Of a stretch of 64,000 nucleotides of DNA, positions 54,801-61,925 are shown one piece after another. Source of the stretch: Chloropicon primus (Eukaryota); the NCBI GenBank assembly GCA_023205875.1, contig CP060757.1, positions 620,001 to 684,000 on the forward strand, given 5' to 3'. Position 1 is the first letter of the stretch, and every line of letters begins with the position of its first letter. The position numbers and the translations under genes are program-made. A model generated the notes under the pieces. That model saw only the letters and a program-made list of their open reading frames with translations, did not search any database and was not told where the DNA came from.

Positions 54801-57800
54801 CCGAAGTTGCACTTGAGCCACTTGCTTGGTGCCATATTGAAACCCTCGACCACCACCTCTTCACCGCCAACCATGGCGACGTGCATTCGCTCCGACATGC
54901 GCTCCGACACATCGTGAATCTGATTTCGAAGCTTGATGGTCTTGACTGAGACCGGCTCCCACGGCACGGCCGTTGGCACGATGCTCACCGCCGTCTGAAG
55001 CGGAGTAGCTATGTAGCCCGTGTTCGTGTTGAAACGATAGTACACGTCTCCGGTCTGGGCGTACCTCGTAAACATGACGTCGTGCACCTTGGACTGATCC
55101 ACGGCCTCCTTCAAGACCTTCAGCTCGTCCACGTACCCAACAAATCCATTCGCCAAGTTTATCAAAGAGTAACCCCCGAGCACGGAGGCCACGGGTGCTG
55201 GCGAGCTTGCGTCCCCGTCCGTGTACACCCTGGCGTTGTCGTCGTCATCAACGACGACCGTGACGTGATGCCACTCGTTCAAATCCAGGGCACCGGATGT
55301 CGTGAGCACGTTGGACGAATCCATCAGCTTGATTTGCCTGTTCTGCCACAGGACCGCCAAATTGTTGGAAAGGAGAAGCAGGGTCGCGTCCCCCTCCTGC
55401 TCCGGGAGGAACCAGAGCGCGAACGTCTTTCCCTTCGCTTCCGTGGTCAGCTGGACCGAAGCGGTGGCCGAAGTCTTCATGGAGAACTCCGAGTACGTCA
55501 TGTCCTTGTGCTTTGGGCTTCCCGAGATCCCCGCGTCATTGCTCAGGCCCAGATAGTAGGACTGAGAGGGGTAAATCCCCTTTGGCAGCTTGCAGATTGC
55601 CGCCTCGTAAGAGCCGTAGATGAAGCTCTCACGCAAGTTGTTGCCCATCCACGAGTGGTCGGGCATTGCCTGGAAGGGTGGAATGTTTCCGAACCTCATG
55701 TTTCCTCCGCTCGCCGCGGCCTTGTCTTCGGTGGTCACGTGCCAGTCGGACCTGAGCTGGCCCTCGTAAGTCTTCTGCGCCGGGTGCCTATCCGACTCCA
55801 CGACAAGGTGCGGAAGCAGGTCATTGGGCTGGTGGCTCACCGTTGCCGCGGACACCATGACCTGGGAGAGCTCGCTGCCGTCCGAAACAAGGGTGGTGGA
55901 CCCCTCGTTCTTGTACCCGTAATCATAAGCCCCAACATCCGAGGCTGCTCCCGTGTCAAGACCAGAAACGCACTTCATGAAAGGCGACTTGGCGAATCCG
56001 ACGCCGTACAAAACGATCGTGATGTCACCATCGATAGGAAGGCTCGAGTTGTCGACAGTGGTGTGAGTCACCGAAGGCGTGGCCCACGGGACTCCCGTGT
56101 ATACGTACTTCCTGCCGGCGGCAACCGTCACGCCGTCGTCCCTCTCGTCGGCGGTGTCGCCAGTGTAGGCCGATTTCCCGGACTCGTCTGACACTGCGGT
56201 CGACAGGGCAGGACCCTCCGTACACGGGTTGTTGAACCTGGAATAAAGCGTTCTTCCCGCAGCAAAGTCCACCTGATCTCCCCGAGGCCCTTCGAGCTCC
56301 CTGCTAGCGAGGCTCTTTGGCATGTGGAACAACGTGCTCGCCACTTCGTCCTCGTCCAGCACCCTGTTCCACACCGCCACCTCGTCCATCAATCCGTCAA
56401 AGGTGTGCGTCGAGTCGTCCGTGCAGCCCTCGGCCATGCGGAAGGAACAGCAGGATGTGCCAGCAGGGTCCAAGCCAGCCTCGGCCTGCGTGTAGCCGTC
56501 CGTGGCGCTGTACATACCGCCGTACATGTCAGATTGCAAATTCCTCCTCCTCGAAGAAGAAGAAGTGCCGTCGCACTTGTTTGGATACTGGGTCGTCTGG
56601 AAGAAGTTGCCCACGCCCGTTCCCTTATCGTAAGTCGCAGAGTCTGAGGAATCAAGCCCCACGTGAATCTCCAACTCTTGGGTGGCGCCGTCAACGTACA
56701 GCTTTCCCAAACCTCCCTCGTCGATCGAAACCATTGCGTGGTGCCACGTATAGTCCTCGTACGAGCTGGCGGTGTAGTACCGGGAGCTGCCCTCCACCAC
56801 GACAAAGCGCTTCAGGTTCGGCTCCCAATTCAGAGCAAGCTTGCAGTCGAAACGCAGGAGGGTCTCCTCCTCTTTCCCTGGCTTTTCCTGCAAGTGAAGC
56901 TCGATGCAGTAGTAGGGCTCCGCGGTCACAAGGTAATTGTCGGACGCGTAGAAGCACACCAAGCTTTCCGTGGGGCGGGTGTCGGATCCCCCTATGGAAT
57001 CCCACGTGAACTTTCTTCTCACCTTCTTTCCTTGGCTGTCGGACGAGACTTCTGGGGTGGACAAGGTCGCACCCACTGGAAGACCCACGGCGTGGACGCT
57101 CAAATCAGCGCAGTCGTCGGTGTCCACGGCGGTCACGTAAAATTCGAAAGTCTCCCCTAAATACTTCGTAACCGCTGGCTTCTGCTGCGCGCCCGCCTGG
57201 ACCGACTTCTCGTACATGTCCAACCTTGGGTTGTTGAGGATGCCGTTCACGAGGCCAGTCGTAGCAAAAACGGGTGCTGTGTTCATCTTGCAGGCGGACG
57301 TTGGGTTCGGCACGATGCTCGTCTCCAAAATCTGCTCGTGAGAGTTCCACACGGAATGCGTAATTCCACACTCCCCGTCAGCGATCTCGGGGTGGCACGA
57401 GGAGAGGGTCATGTTGCCCTCCCCGTAGCCACAGACGGAGCAAGATTCGTGGACCCCATCCAAGTCCGCATGGGTCGCGAGGCCGGGCTTGAAACCCTTC
57501 TTGCAATTCTTGTCGCAGAAGTGCATGGGGCCGTCGTACAAGTATGTCATGAAGTCGACGGGCACCTTCACGCCAGACGCACGGGCGTCCGATTTGTCGG
57601 ACACCATGACGACCATGTTGTAAAAACCGGAGCGCAGCTTGGCGCAGTCCACGCCCTCCACGGGCGAACCGTGGGCGCAAGGACTCCCGTCCGTCGCTGT
57701 CCAAGTGTTCCACTCCACCAGCCCCGGCACGCTGCTCGTGAACGAGTGTGTGCTCAGGCCGGAGATTTCTTGGGGCTCCCTGTCGCTTGGGCACCGCCCG

Positions 57801-59176
57801 GTCAGGGAGAAGGCCTTGCTCGCGATGTCGCACTCGTAAGGCCCGTACTCGAGACCAAAGTTTGCCAGGATCTTTCCGGTGGTGTCGTAGGACGCCCTGG
57901 CCTGGCCGGTCAGCCCGACGTTCTGGGAGTACGGGAAAGCCTCGGTCTTGCTTCTCGTGATGCCCCCCATCTCGATCTTGTCTCCGAACCTGAAGGTGAG
58001 GGCGTCCCCGTCCGGATCCATCGCCGCGATTTGGAACTTGGCGCGAATTCCAGGAAGCTGGTGTGGAATCGGGAGGACTGGAGGCTGGTGGACGACCGGA
58101 GACCTGTTTCCATCGCCCTTGAGCCACACCTCCACCTCAAGACGGTACCTTCCCTGCTGGTTGTTGTTCAGAAGGACGTTCAGCGAGCCGTCACACGCGC
58201 CCGTGGAGGACAAGGGGTTCGCCGGGTAATCGCACTCGTAAAACCTTTCCCCGCCCGTGAAAAACGCGACGAACGGGTCGGCCGTGTTGCGCTTGTAGGC
58301 ATGGGTGAAGGTGCCGACTCCAGTCACAGAGTTTCCCAATCTGCTGCTGTCGTCAGAGTTCACATCAGTCACCTCAAGCTCGATCGTCTTTGAAGAACCG
58401 TCCCCCATGAACATGCCGTAAAGTTCGCTCCAAGGGGCGCACTTTCCGGCGTCCTTGGTCGGGTTGTTCCCGTAATCGTCGCACAGGGCTGACGCCACGG
58501 TGTTCGCCTCCGTCGTAAACGTCGTGGACCTCGGGTACTCGGAGCTCGTCTCGGCCTTGGCCGCGTCGCAGTGGAAAGGCGAGGGGCAGGGCACCACATC
58601 AGTCGTACCGTCGTTCTGCTTCTTCGGTGGGAATCGGATGAAGAACCTCTCCCCGAACACACCGTTCCCGGACGAATCCGTTGTCTTGTAGTCCACGTGG
58701 GGACTGGTGTACTCGCACCCAAAGTAGCCCGCCGTGGACCCCGCTGGGCAATTGAAGCAAGCGTTCTGAGTGAACACGTTGCTCAGGGCCTCGTCCGTGC
58801 ACCCAGAGAGGGACTTGTCGAAGCCAGCGGAACCTTCTCTCAGCGCTCCCTCGCTTCCGTAAAACACCTTGGTGCCCGACGACCCCGCCGTTTGAGCCCA
58901 CTGCTCGTTATAATAGGAACCCCACTCGTAGTCCCTGCGAAAGCTTGCCCTGATTGTGAACTCGACCGTCTGGAGGTCGTTCGCACTATCTATCGTATTT
59001 GTCGGAACCCAAGAGAGCGTTCCGTACCGGAAACGCGACGCTCCCACTAAGCCGGAAAGAGCCCCGACAAGGAAAACAAGAGCCAGTGCCAAGCGACACA
59101 AGTGGTTCCTTCCTATCGTCTGGACTCTCCTGGGTCGCCGCGGCGTCCTCGACACCTTGGCGCCTCCTCTATTCAT
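48854..59176 (-). CDS. Giant (3440 aa) intronless secreted multidomain protein: LamG/concanavalin-like repeats, IPT/Ig-like and filamin-like repeats, C-terminal Kelch propeller
   Basis: Signal peptide. At least five LamG-like motifs (WHHV.V..D......Y.DG; F.G..DEV..F). Filamin-like GGDNFEV...DNDGNYHVSY. Kelch repeats (YLFGG, VVIGG, YVFGG, YVYGG). Confidence 0.85.
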   Translation of the reverse strand: MNRGGAKVSRTPRRPRRVQTIGRNHLCRLALALVFLVGALSGLVGASRFRYGTLSWVPTNTIDSANDLQTVEFTIRASFRRDYEWGSYYNEQWAQTAGSSGTKVFYGSEGALREGSAGFDKSLSGCTDEALSNVFTQNACFNCPAGSTAGYFGCEYTSPHVDYKTTDSSGNGVFGERFFIRFPPKKQNDGTTDVVPCPSPFHCDAAKAETSSEYPRSTTFTTEANTVASALCDDYGNNPTKDAGKCAPWSELYGMFMGDGSSKTIELEVTDVNSDDSSRLGNSVTGVGTFTHAYKRNTADPFVAFFTGGERFYECDYPANPLSSTGACDGSLNVLLNNNQQGRYRLEVEVWLKGDGNRSPVVHQPPVLPIPHQLPGIRAKFQIAAMDPDGDALTFRFGDKIEMGGITRSKTEAFPYSQNVGLTGQARASYDTTGKILANFGLEYGPYECDIASKAFSLTGRCPSDREPQEISGLSTHSFTSSVPGLVEWNTWTATDGSPCAHGSPVEGVDCAKLRSGFYNMVVMVSDKSDARASGVKVPVDFMTYLYDGPMHFCDKNCKKGFKPGLATHADLDGVHESCSVCGYGEGNMTLSSCHPEIADGECGITHSVWNSHEQILETSIVPNPTSACKMNTAPVFATTGLVNGILNNPRLDMYEKSVQAGAQQKPAVTKYLGETFEFYVTAVDTDDCADLSVHAVGLPVGATLSTPEVSSDSQGKKVRRKFTWDSIGGSDTRPTESLVCFYASDNYLVTAEPYYCIELHLQEKPGKEEETLLRFDCKLALNWEPNLKRFVVVEGSSRYYTASSYEDYTWHHAMVSIDEGGLGKLYVDGATQELEIHVGLDSSDSATYDKGTGVGNFFQTTQYPNKCDGTSSSSRRRNLQSDMYGGMYSATDGYTQAEAGLDPAGTSCCSFRMAEGCTDDSTHTFDGLMDEVAVWNRVLDEDEVASTLFHMPKSLASRELEGPRGDQVDFAAGRTLYSRFNNPCTEGPALSTAVSDESGKSAYTGDTADERDDGVTVAAGRKYVYTGVPWATPSVTHTTVDNSSLPIDGDITIVLYGVGFAKSPFMKCVSGLDTGAASDVGAYDYGYKNEGSTTLVSDGSELSQVMVSAATVSHQPNDLLPHLVVESDRHPAQKTYEGQLRSDWHVTTEDKAAASGGNMRFGNIPPFQAMPDHSWMGNNLRESFIYGSYEAAICKLPKGIYPSQSYYLGLSNDAGISGSPKHKDMTYSEFSMKTSATASVQLTTEAKGKTFALWFLPEQEGDATLLLLSNNLAVLWQNRQIKLMDSSNVLTTSGALDLNEWHHVTVVVDDDDNARVYTDGDASSPAPVASVLGGYSLINLANGFVGYVDELKVLKEAVDQSKVHDVMFTRYAQTGDVYYRFNTNTGYIATPLQTAVSIVPTAVPWEPVSVKTIKLRNQIHDVSERMSERMHVAMVGGEEVVVEGFNMAPSKWLKCNFGSYGEHTPSVEQNLANVKNAVGSALGEGTLDRPDGRTYNAVQSDLRKLDRSGSTVSSNMTKISDKSFKCDLPAFDDVALTKLGFGEVIHPEPVSVEVMEVSLGCDGSSFVEGFSSASSMIETNYNGYSMALWAKSDYLHFGGSQTVLAFQTLAGQTSASITYDGKAFGYYDNKIQEVRSEITHAYNAWYHVAVTVNDEGEGTLYLDGDFAKNFTTSATPFPSNKLTLCAGLDSSGKGENFFLGFVDEVYVFKGALSADQVKSLTVNAEADQVVANLGSTVSFYTSKGDSNFDIEGMSEYKSDVPWAPTGSSSSSTPSSSGSSQDVVLVLLGATGQRNKPWGTFASSNPDSILALSGDGSDIKVVPTSDYYNAISARGSLTDETACAYMRVNYPSPHLGTIGGFKLYCLTKSATEGNMVYVNGRGATALEASVLQEPLKTLFSGTTLLAGLDATLAEVWLFDRTLTAEEVDARYKVDDQAVDLSKTPVYLGLPGESSFPQVSSFEFWVKPAAFDTESVLLRTSNFEIGFSGTPGSGGSLRAVVNVSESGCTCTSCLAYEEHTSWKATLMPNTWAHVGIGITGKTMLFFVDGILVDEVTFQDAQALSTYSALDGDDFLAVGEDFDGLLYDIRLSTAAKKSSSYRTTTQCPTTEESGDIYFPLNTGFSGEYDAQSGVRVRIPQKSAWTDASFDDATYLPATSFYGPGLTQATSGTPGRFTITANTACLRKRKGGGDNFEVEFQSSADGTKTTMSALDDNDGNYHVSYLGLQCGTHQMSVSSNGTLVQAFTVDVAPSSTSASASHVVDLNSIASPNVIGCFGSFARFNIQSMDDYGCKSGIDGSDKWVASITGPDSFVVNGVHTMNGLYEVSFVPPAEGKYTVEVKLGDTTVTHFCIEVCVGSSMYFYGDNAVEFADAGDTFSLDGNTGLTMEAWVKPLSDSGRDAYILLKDSHSQKDKYIKGYELALTDSLSSVSASVYVGAGEIRSISAPISSFTTWTHLSVVYTGAEMNVYVNGVLKASKPFAESKPVHVNPYSHPLTVGYGFSGMVDEVKVFSYGKSASQVVESMYCPAFLEKTKLVAYVGFNKASEGLAPTALTGTKTSGSLTGVKGTAVGPTPAGQVTDTDTPYASASGQGVGTIGAAYTKADMSSTTTAGLFIMSLEAKDKCGFRYTGTHLQAEDPSSPGYNSQGVKVHFKPFERKYLKTEPAHVIGEAIAGTIYPNIDFRCGTNGGIDGTNSVTAQLSKAGNYSVTVSVGGEISSEHEILVTPAEFAAFEVIQPAFANIVAGVSSSLGIVLMDSHGNSINEFYDSLHETDFGGESWSQLVHGDSGSDDAAAESSRVSDDLKKLRVTSHAFDFVYDGVDTMMRVFFHAPGNHTIEIEADTAPHPTVHTFSVMVNQADDWVSALTNGLEAPTETDRLKPTVVAYGKDLFVWGGARAQGGLPVEYKSDMYKLSNGLAMKDSLAYKRTIGSLGNLKASSAGGDVVLELTLNTLEIIGMGRMSSSCMDMVFTLPNNGHKLPHYIHPIPGCMAEDTKVFLRIPQGTEAASLDMYYGNSHMVESGGVSDEEEAKKVFDVVQDVGNMSPSSATVQPYKLLATLYDSHASAASQWISPNYRDGSTEFVAAGVHTVSHADKYCTASPWKASSLARSQGHHSIEIVGTKDSTTITMDGVVIKQDSVGSKFEGVTVSSQFVTDGLVYVMPYSSGLSPVSSSGTAGDERVSWVSDRSWQPVATTGSPTARYGQAGSLLKDTYYLFGGERSGYAFSDLWTFDFASSAFSFVPVASASPSGRYDHAAVALDGETFVVIGGRDSAGNAHRDMWAYTTSTNAWSKVGEIASPAFGLAAASAGGDVYVFGGMEPAGLVSNRFQKCTPQVLGGSLSFTCSDITGGCPLELGQSVLDVGISPRYEHSMFTYGADVYVYGGGSSSSEMADPKIYKFEPSSCGWSVANSNFVPYNGFAGPMEDGLFLHTTDANGLLMAPL

Positions 59177-60204
59177 CTTCTACCAACTCCGGAAACAACC
59201 GGCGTTCCGGTCTCTTCCAATTCCCAATCTGACACAAGAGAGACTACCACTCGGCGTTGGTCATGCTATGTCCGTCTGCCTCACTCTCTCTCTTGCTCTC
59301 TCTCTCTCTCTTGCTCTCTCTTGCTCGATCTGTCTCGCTGTCCCAAAGCTCATGCAACGCGCTGGTGTCTCATCAGTCGTCTTGGGTGTTCCTACACCTG
59401 ACGCGCGCGAACCCACCAGCAACAGTAGTGATGGAGTCCAGCAAGCCAATCGCTTGCGTCCTTGGTCACTGCGAAGGTCTCCACCCCCTACCTCTGGTAA
59501 AAGGTAAAGCCTTCCCGCTGCTAAGCCTGGTTTCGATCTTCGAGCCTCTCAAGCTCCTCAAGACAAGAGAGAGAGAGAGGGAGAGGCGGAGGGAGGAGAG
59601 GGAGGGAGGTATTGCTTCAAAAAATTTCCTTGCCACTTTTCATAATTCATGGCAAACCCCAAAGTCAATTCATGGGCAAGAGACCTGACCTTGGTGCAAG
59701 AGGAGTCGAGGACGCGAGGAGTCAAGGGACGCGGGGCCAATTGGAAGTGTCGCGTGGCATGTACCAAACCCATTGCATTGCGTTCTCCGATTCATCGAAA
59801 CGAAACAGACTCCTTTTTATTTTCTTAATCAAGGGTCAAGGTCTTCTTCGTCTTTGCCGCGAAAAAGGAGGAGGAGTTCAAGGCCAATTCAAAATGGTTT
59901 CCCTTTCGGAGACATCGTTACGCTCGTCCGCGGGCCCACGGCATGGATATTCCAACGAAATCCAGGCCGTCGGTGGAAGCCAATCGTCAACTCTTCCCTC
60001 GAAAGCCTCTCACCCCCTTAGGTTTTCCCTCTCCCTTCGCCCAAGGCTCCTCTCTCTCTCTCTCTCTGGCTCCTCTCTCTCTCCTCTCGCTCTCTGGCTC
60101 TCCGCTTGAAAAGGGAGGAAGCGAAATATTTCTCCTCGGCTTGGGTTGACGGGAGCATCAGAGCGAGCGACTTGACTTGTCTTGCTGTGCGAAGACGTGG
60201 CAAG

Positions 60205-61803
60205 ATGGTCGGGAAAGGAGCCAAGATAGTCATTGGTTTGACCCTGTGCGTCCTGCTTACCGCGAGGACCGCGTCCGGGCAGACAATTGACTGGTGCGCA
60301 GACGCGGCGAGCGAGGGAAGCGTGTACGAAGCGTACTACGGGCAGGAGACTTGCATACCTTTGTGCGTGAAGAAGTCTGGGAACTTGAGCTACGACGGGA
60401 ACCTCGGCATCGAGAAGGTGACCCTGGAGAGCCCCGGGGTGTACCCCACCGGAGCGGTTTTCCAGTACCCTTACGATGAGATCAACTTTCCTGCAAGCGG
60501 TGTGCTGAAGACCGTGGCGGGTCACGCGGACACCGACCCTTTCAAGAGGAACTTCTGCTTCACGCCGCAGCACGGAGAGGAATGCGTCTACACGGCGTGC
60601 TTCAAGGGGAAGGACAACGACTCGTCGTCCTCCGCCACGTCTGTGCGTTGCTACAAGATCGAGGTTTACAACCAAGCCCTCGAGTTCACGGGTGCGGAGG
60701 AGGCGAGCTCGGCAGACTTGAGCAAGGAGGTCGGCCCCAAGAACGGCTTCTCCATGGGGGCCTGGGTCTACCCAACCTGCTCCTCCGCCGGGAACCAGAC
60801 GGTGATGTACTTTGGGTCCACGAGAGACTTCGCCACGAGCCTTGGCACCGACACAGGACTTCAAGTCAGGAACGCCATCAAGTACAACACCGACTCGAGC
60901 GGCGAGTCCACCTTCTTCTACTACGATGACTATATTGGCACAGTCTTCGCCGAGAACAAGTACTGCTGCGGGAAGTGGCACTACGTCGGCGTGAGCGTCG
61001 GGAGCGACAACAAGGCCTTCCTGTTCGTGGACGGAGGCATGGCCAAGAGCCAAGTCACGGGTTCCAGGAACACCATCAAGTTTGACGTCAAGTCGTTCGA
61101 GACCGCTTCGAGGCCGGACAACAACTTGGACGGAGATGGCCAGGGGACTTTCAAGGTCGGGCACTACACCGGTGAGGGCTTCAAGGGTATTATTGATGAG
61201 GTCAGCGTGTTTGACAAGGCCTTGACCTCCGCGGAGATGCATTCCAACATGGAAAAGAGAGACTTGTCCGGCAGCGAGAACCTCAAGGGGTACTTCACCA
61301 TGACGGGATCGGGCTTCCCTCTTGCCAACTCCGCAGGAACGGCGACCTTGACCAACTCTGTGGGAACGCCGGCCCTCGTGCCGAAGGCGATTCCTACCAT
61401 GATTCCCTGCGTTCTGGGACTCCAGCACAGCGTTGGACCAAGCGACGGATCTTGCCCAACAGAGGTCTACGGTTGGTCCATGTCCGATGGCCTCGCCACC
61501 GCCTGCTCCTTCGGAGGAAGGGTCATTGGGGGAACCTACGTCGATGACAAGACCATCAAGTGCGAGACCCCTGGACACGTGAGCCCACGATACGTCAACG
61601 TGCTCGCAAGTAACGATGCCGGAACCCAGTTCACGACCTCGCTGGTGGGTAAGGAGGTGAAGCACCTTTACATGGAGTCGAGTCTGTACGTTGATGGCAA
61701 CGGTGGTGGCGCGGAGGCTGACAGCGTCTGCAAAGACCTGCCCACGAGAGCGGTCACTTTCGGAGGATGGTTCTGCCCAAAGTGTGGTCCACCGTCGTCG
61801 TAA
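60205..61803 (+). CDS. Secreted LamG plus IPT/TIG-domain protein, related to the giant neighbour
   Basis: Signal peptide. FSMGAWVYP...KWHYVGVSV...FLFVDG...FKGIIDEVSVFDKAL (LamG). GPSDGSCPTEVYG...CSFG...IKCETP...VLASND (IPT). Confidence 0.85.
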   Translation: MVGKGAKIVIGLTLCVLLTARTASGQTIDWCADAASEGSVYEAYYGQETCIPLCVKKSGNLSYDGNLGIEKVTLESPGVYPTGAVFQYPYDEINFPASGVLKTVAGHADTDPFKRNFCFTPQHGEECVYTACFKGKDNDSSSSATSVRCYKIEVYNQALEFTGAEEASSADLSKEVGPKNGFSMGAWVYPTCSSAGNQTVMYFGSTRDFATSLGTDTGLQVRNAIKYNTDSSGESTFFYYDDYIGTVFAENKYCCGKWHYVGVSVGSDNKAFLFVDGGMAKSQVTGSRNTIKFDVKSFETASRPDNNLDGDGQGTFKVGHYTGEGFKGIIDEVSVFDKALTSAEMHSNMEKRDLSGSENLKGYFTMTGSGFPLANSAGTATLTNSVGTPALVPKAIPTMIPCVLGLQHSVGPSDGSCPTEVYGWSMSDGLATACSFGGRVIGGTYVDDKTIKCETPGHVSPRYVNVLASNDAGTQFTTSLVGKEVKHLYMESSLYVDGNGGGAEADSVCKDLPTRAVTFGGWFCPKCGPPSS

Positions 61804-61925
61804 CTCGAGTCTAAGTTGTGGTGATTACTTTTACCGCTTTTTGTATATTCCAGGATTATCTATATCTATTGAAAAGAAGTGAAAAAGCAAGTCTCAGCAA
61901 GTCTCAAGCACATCTTTTCCCCTCG

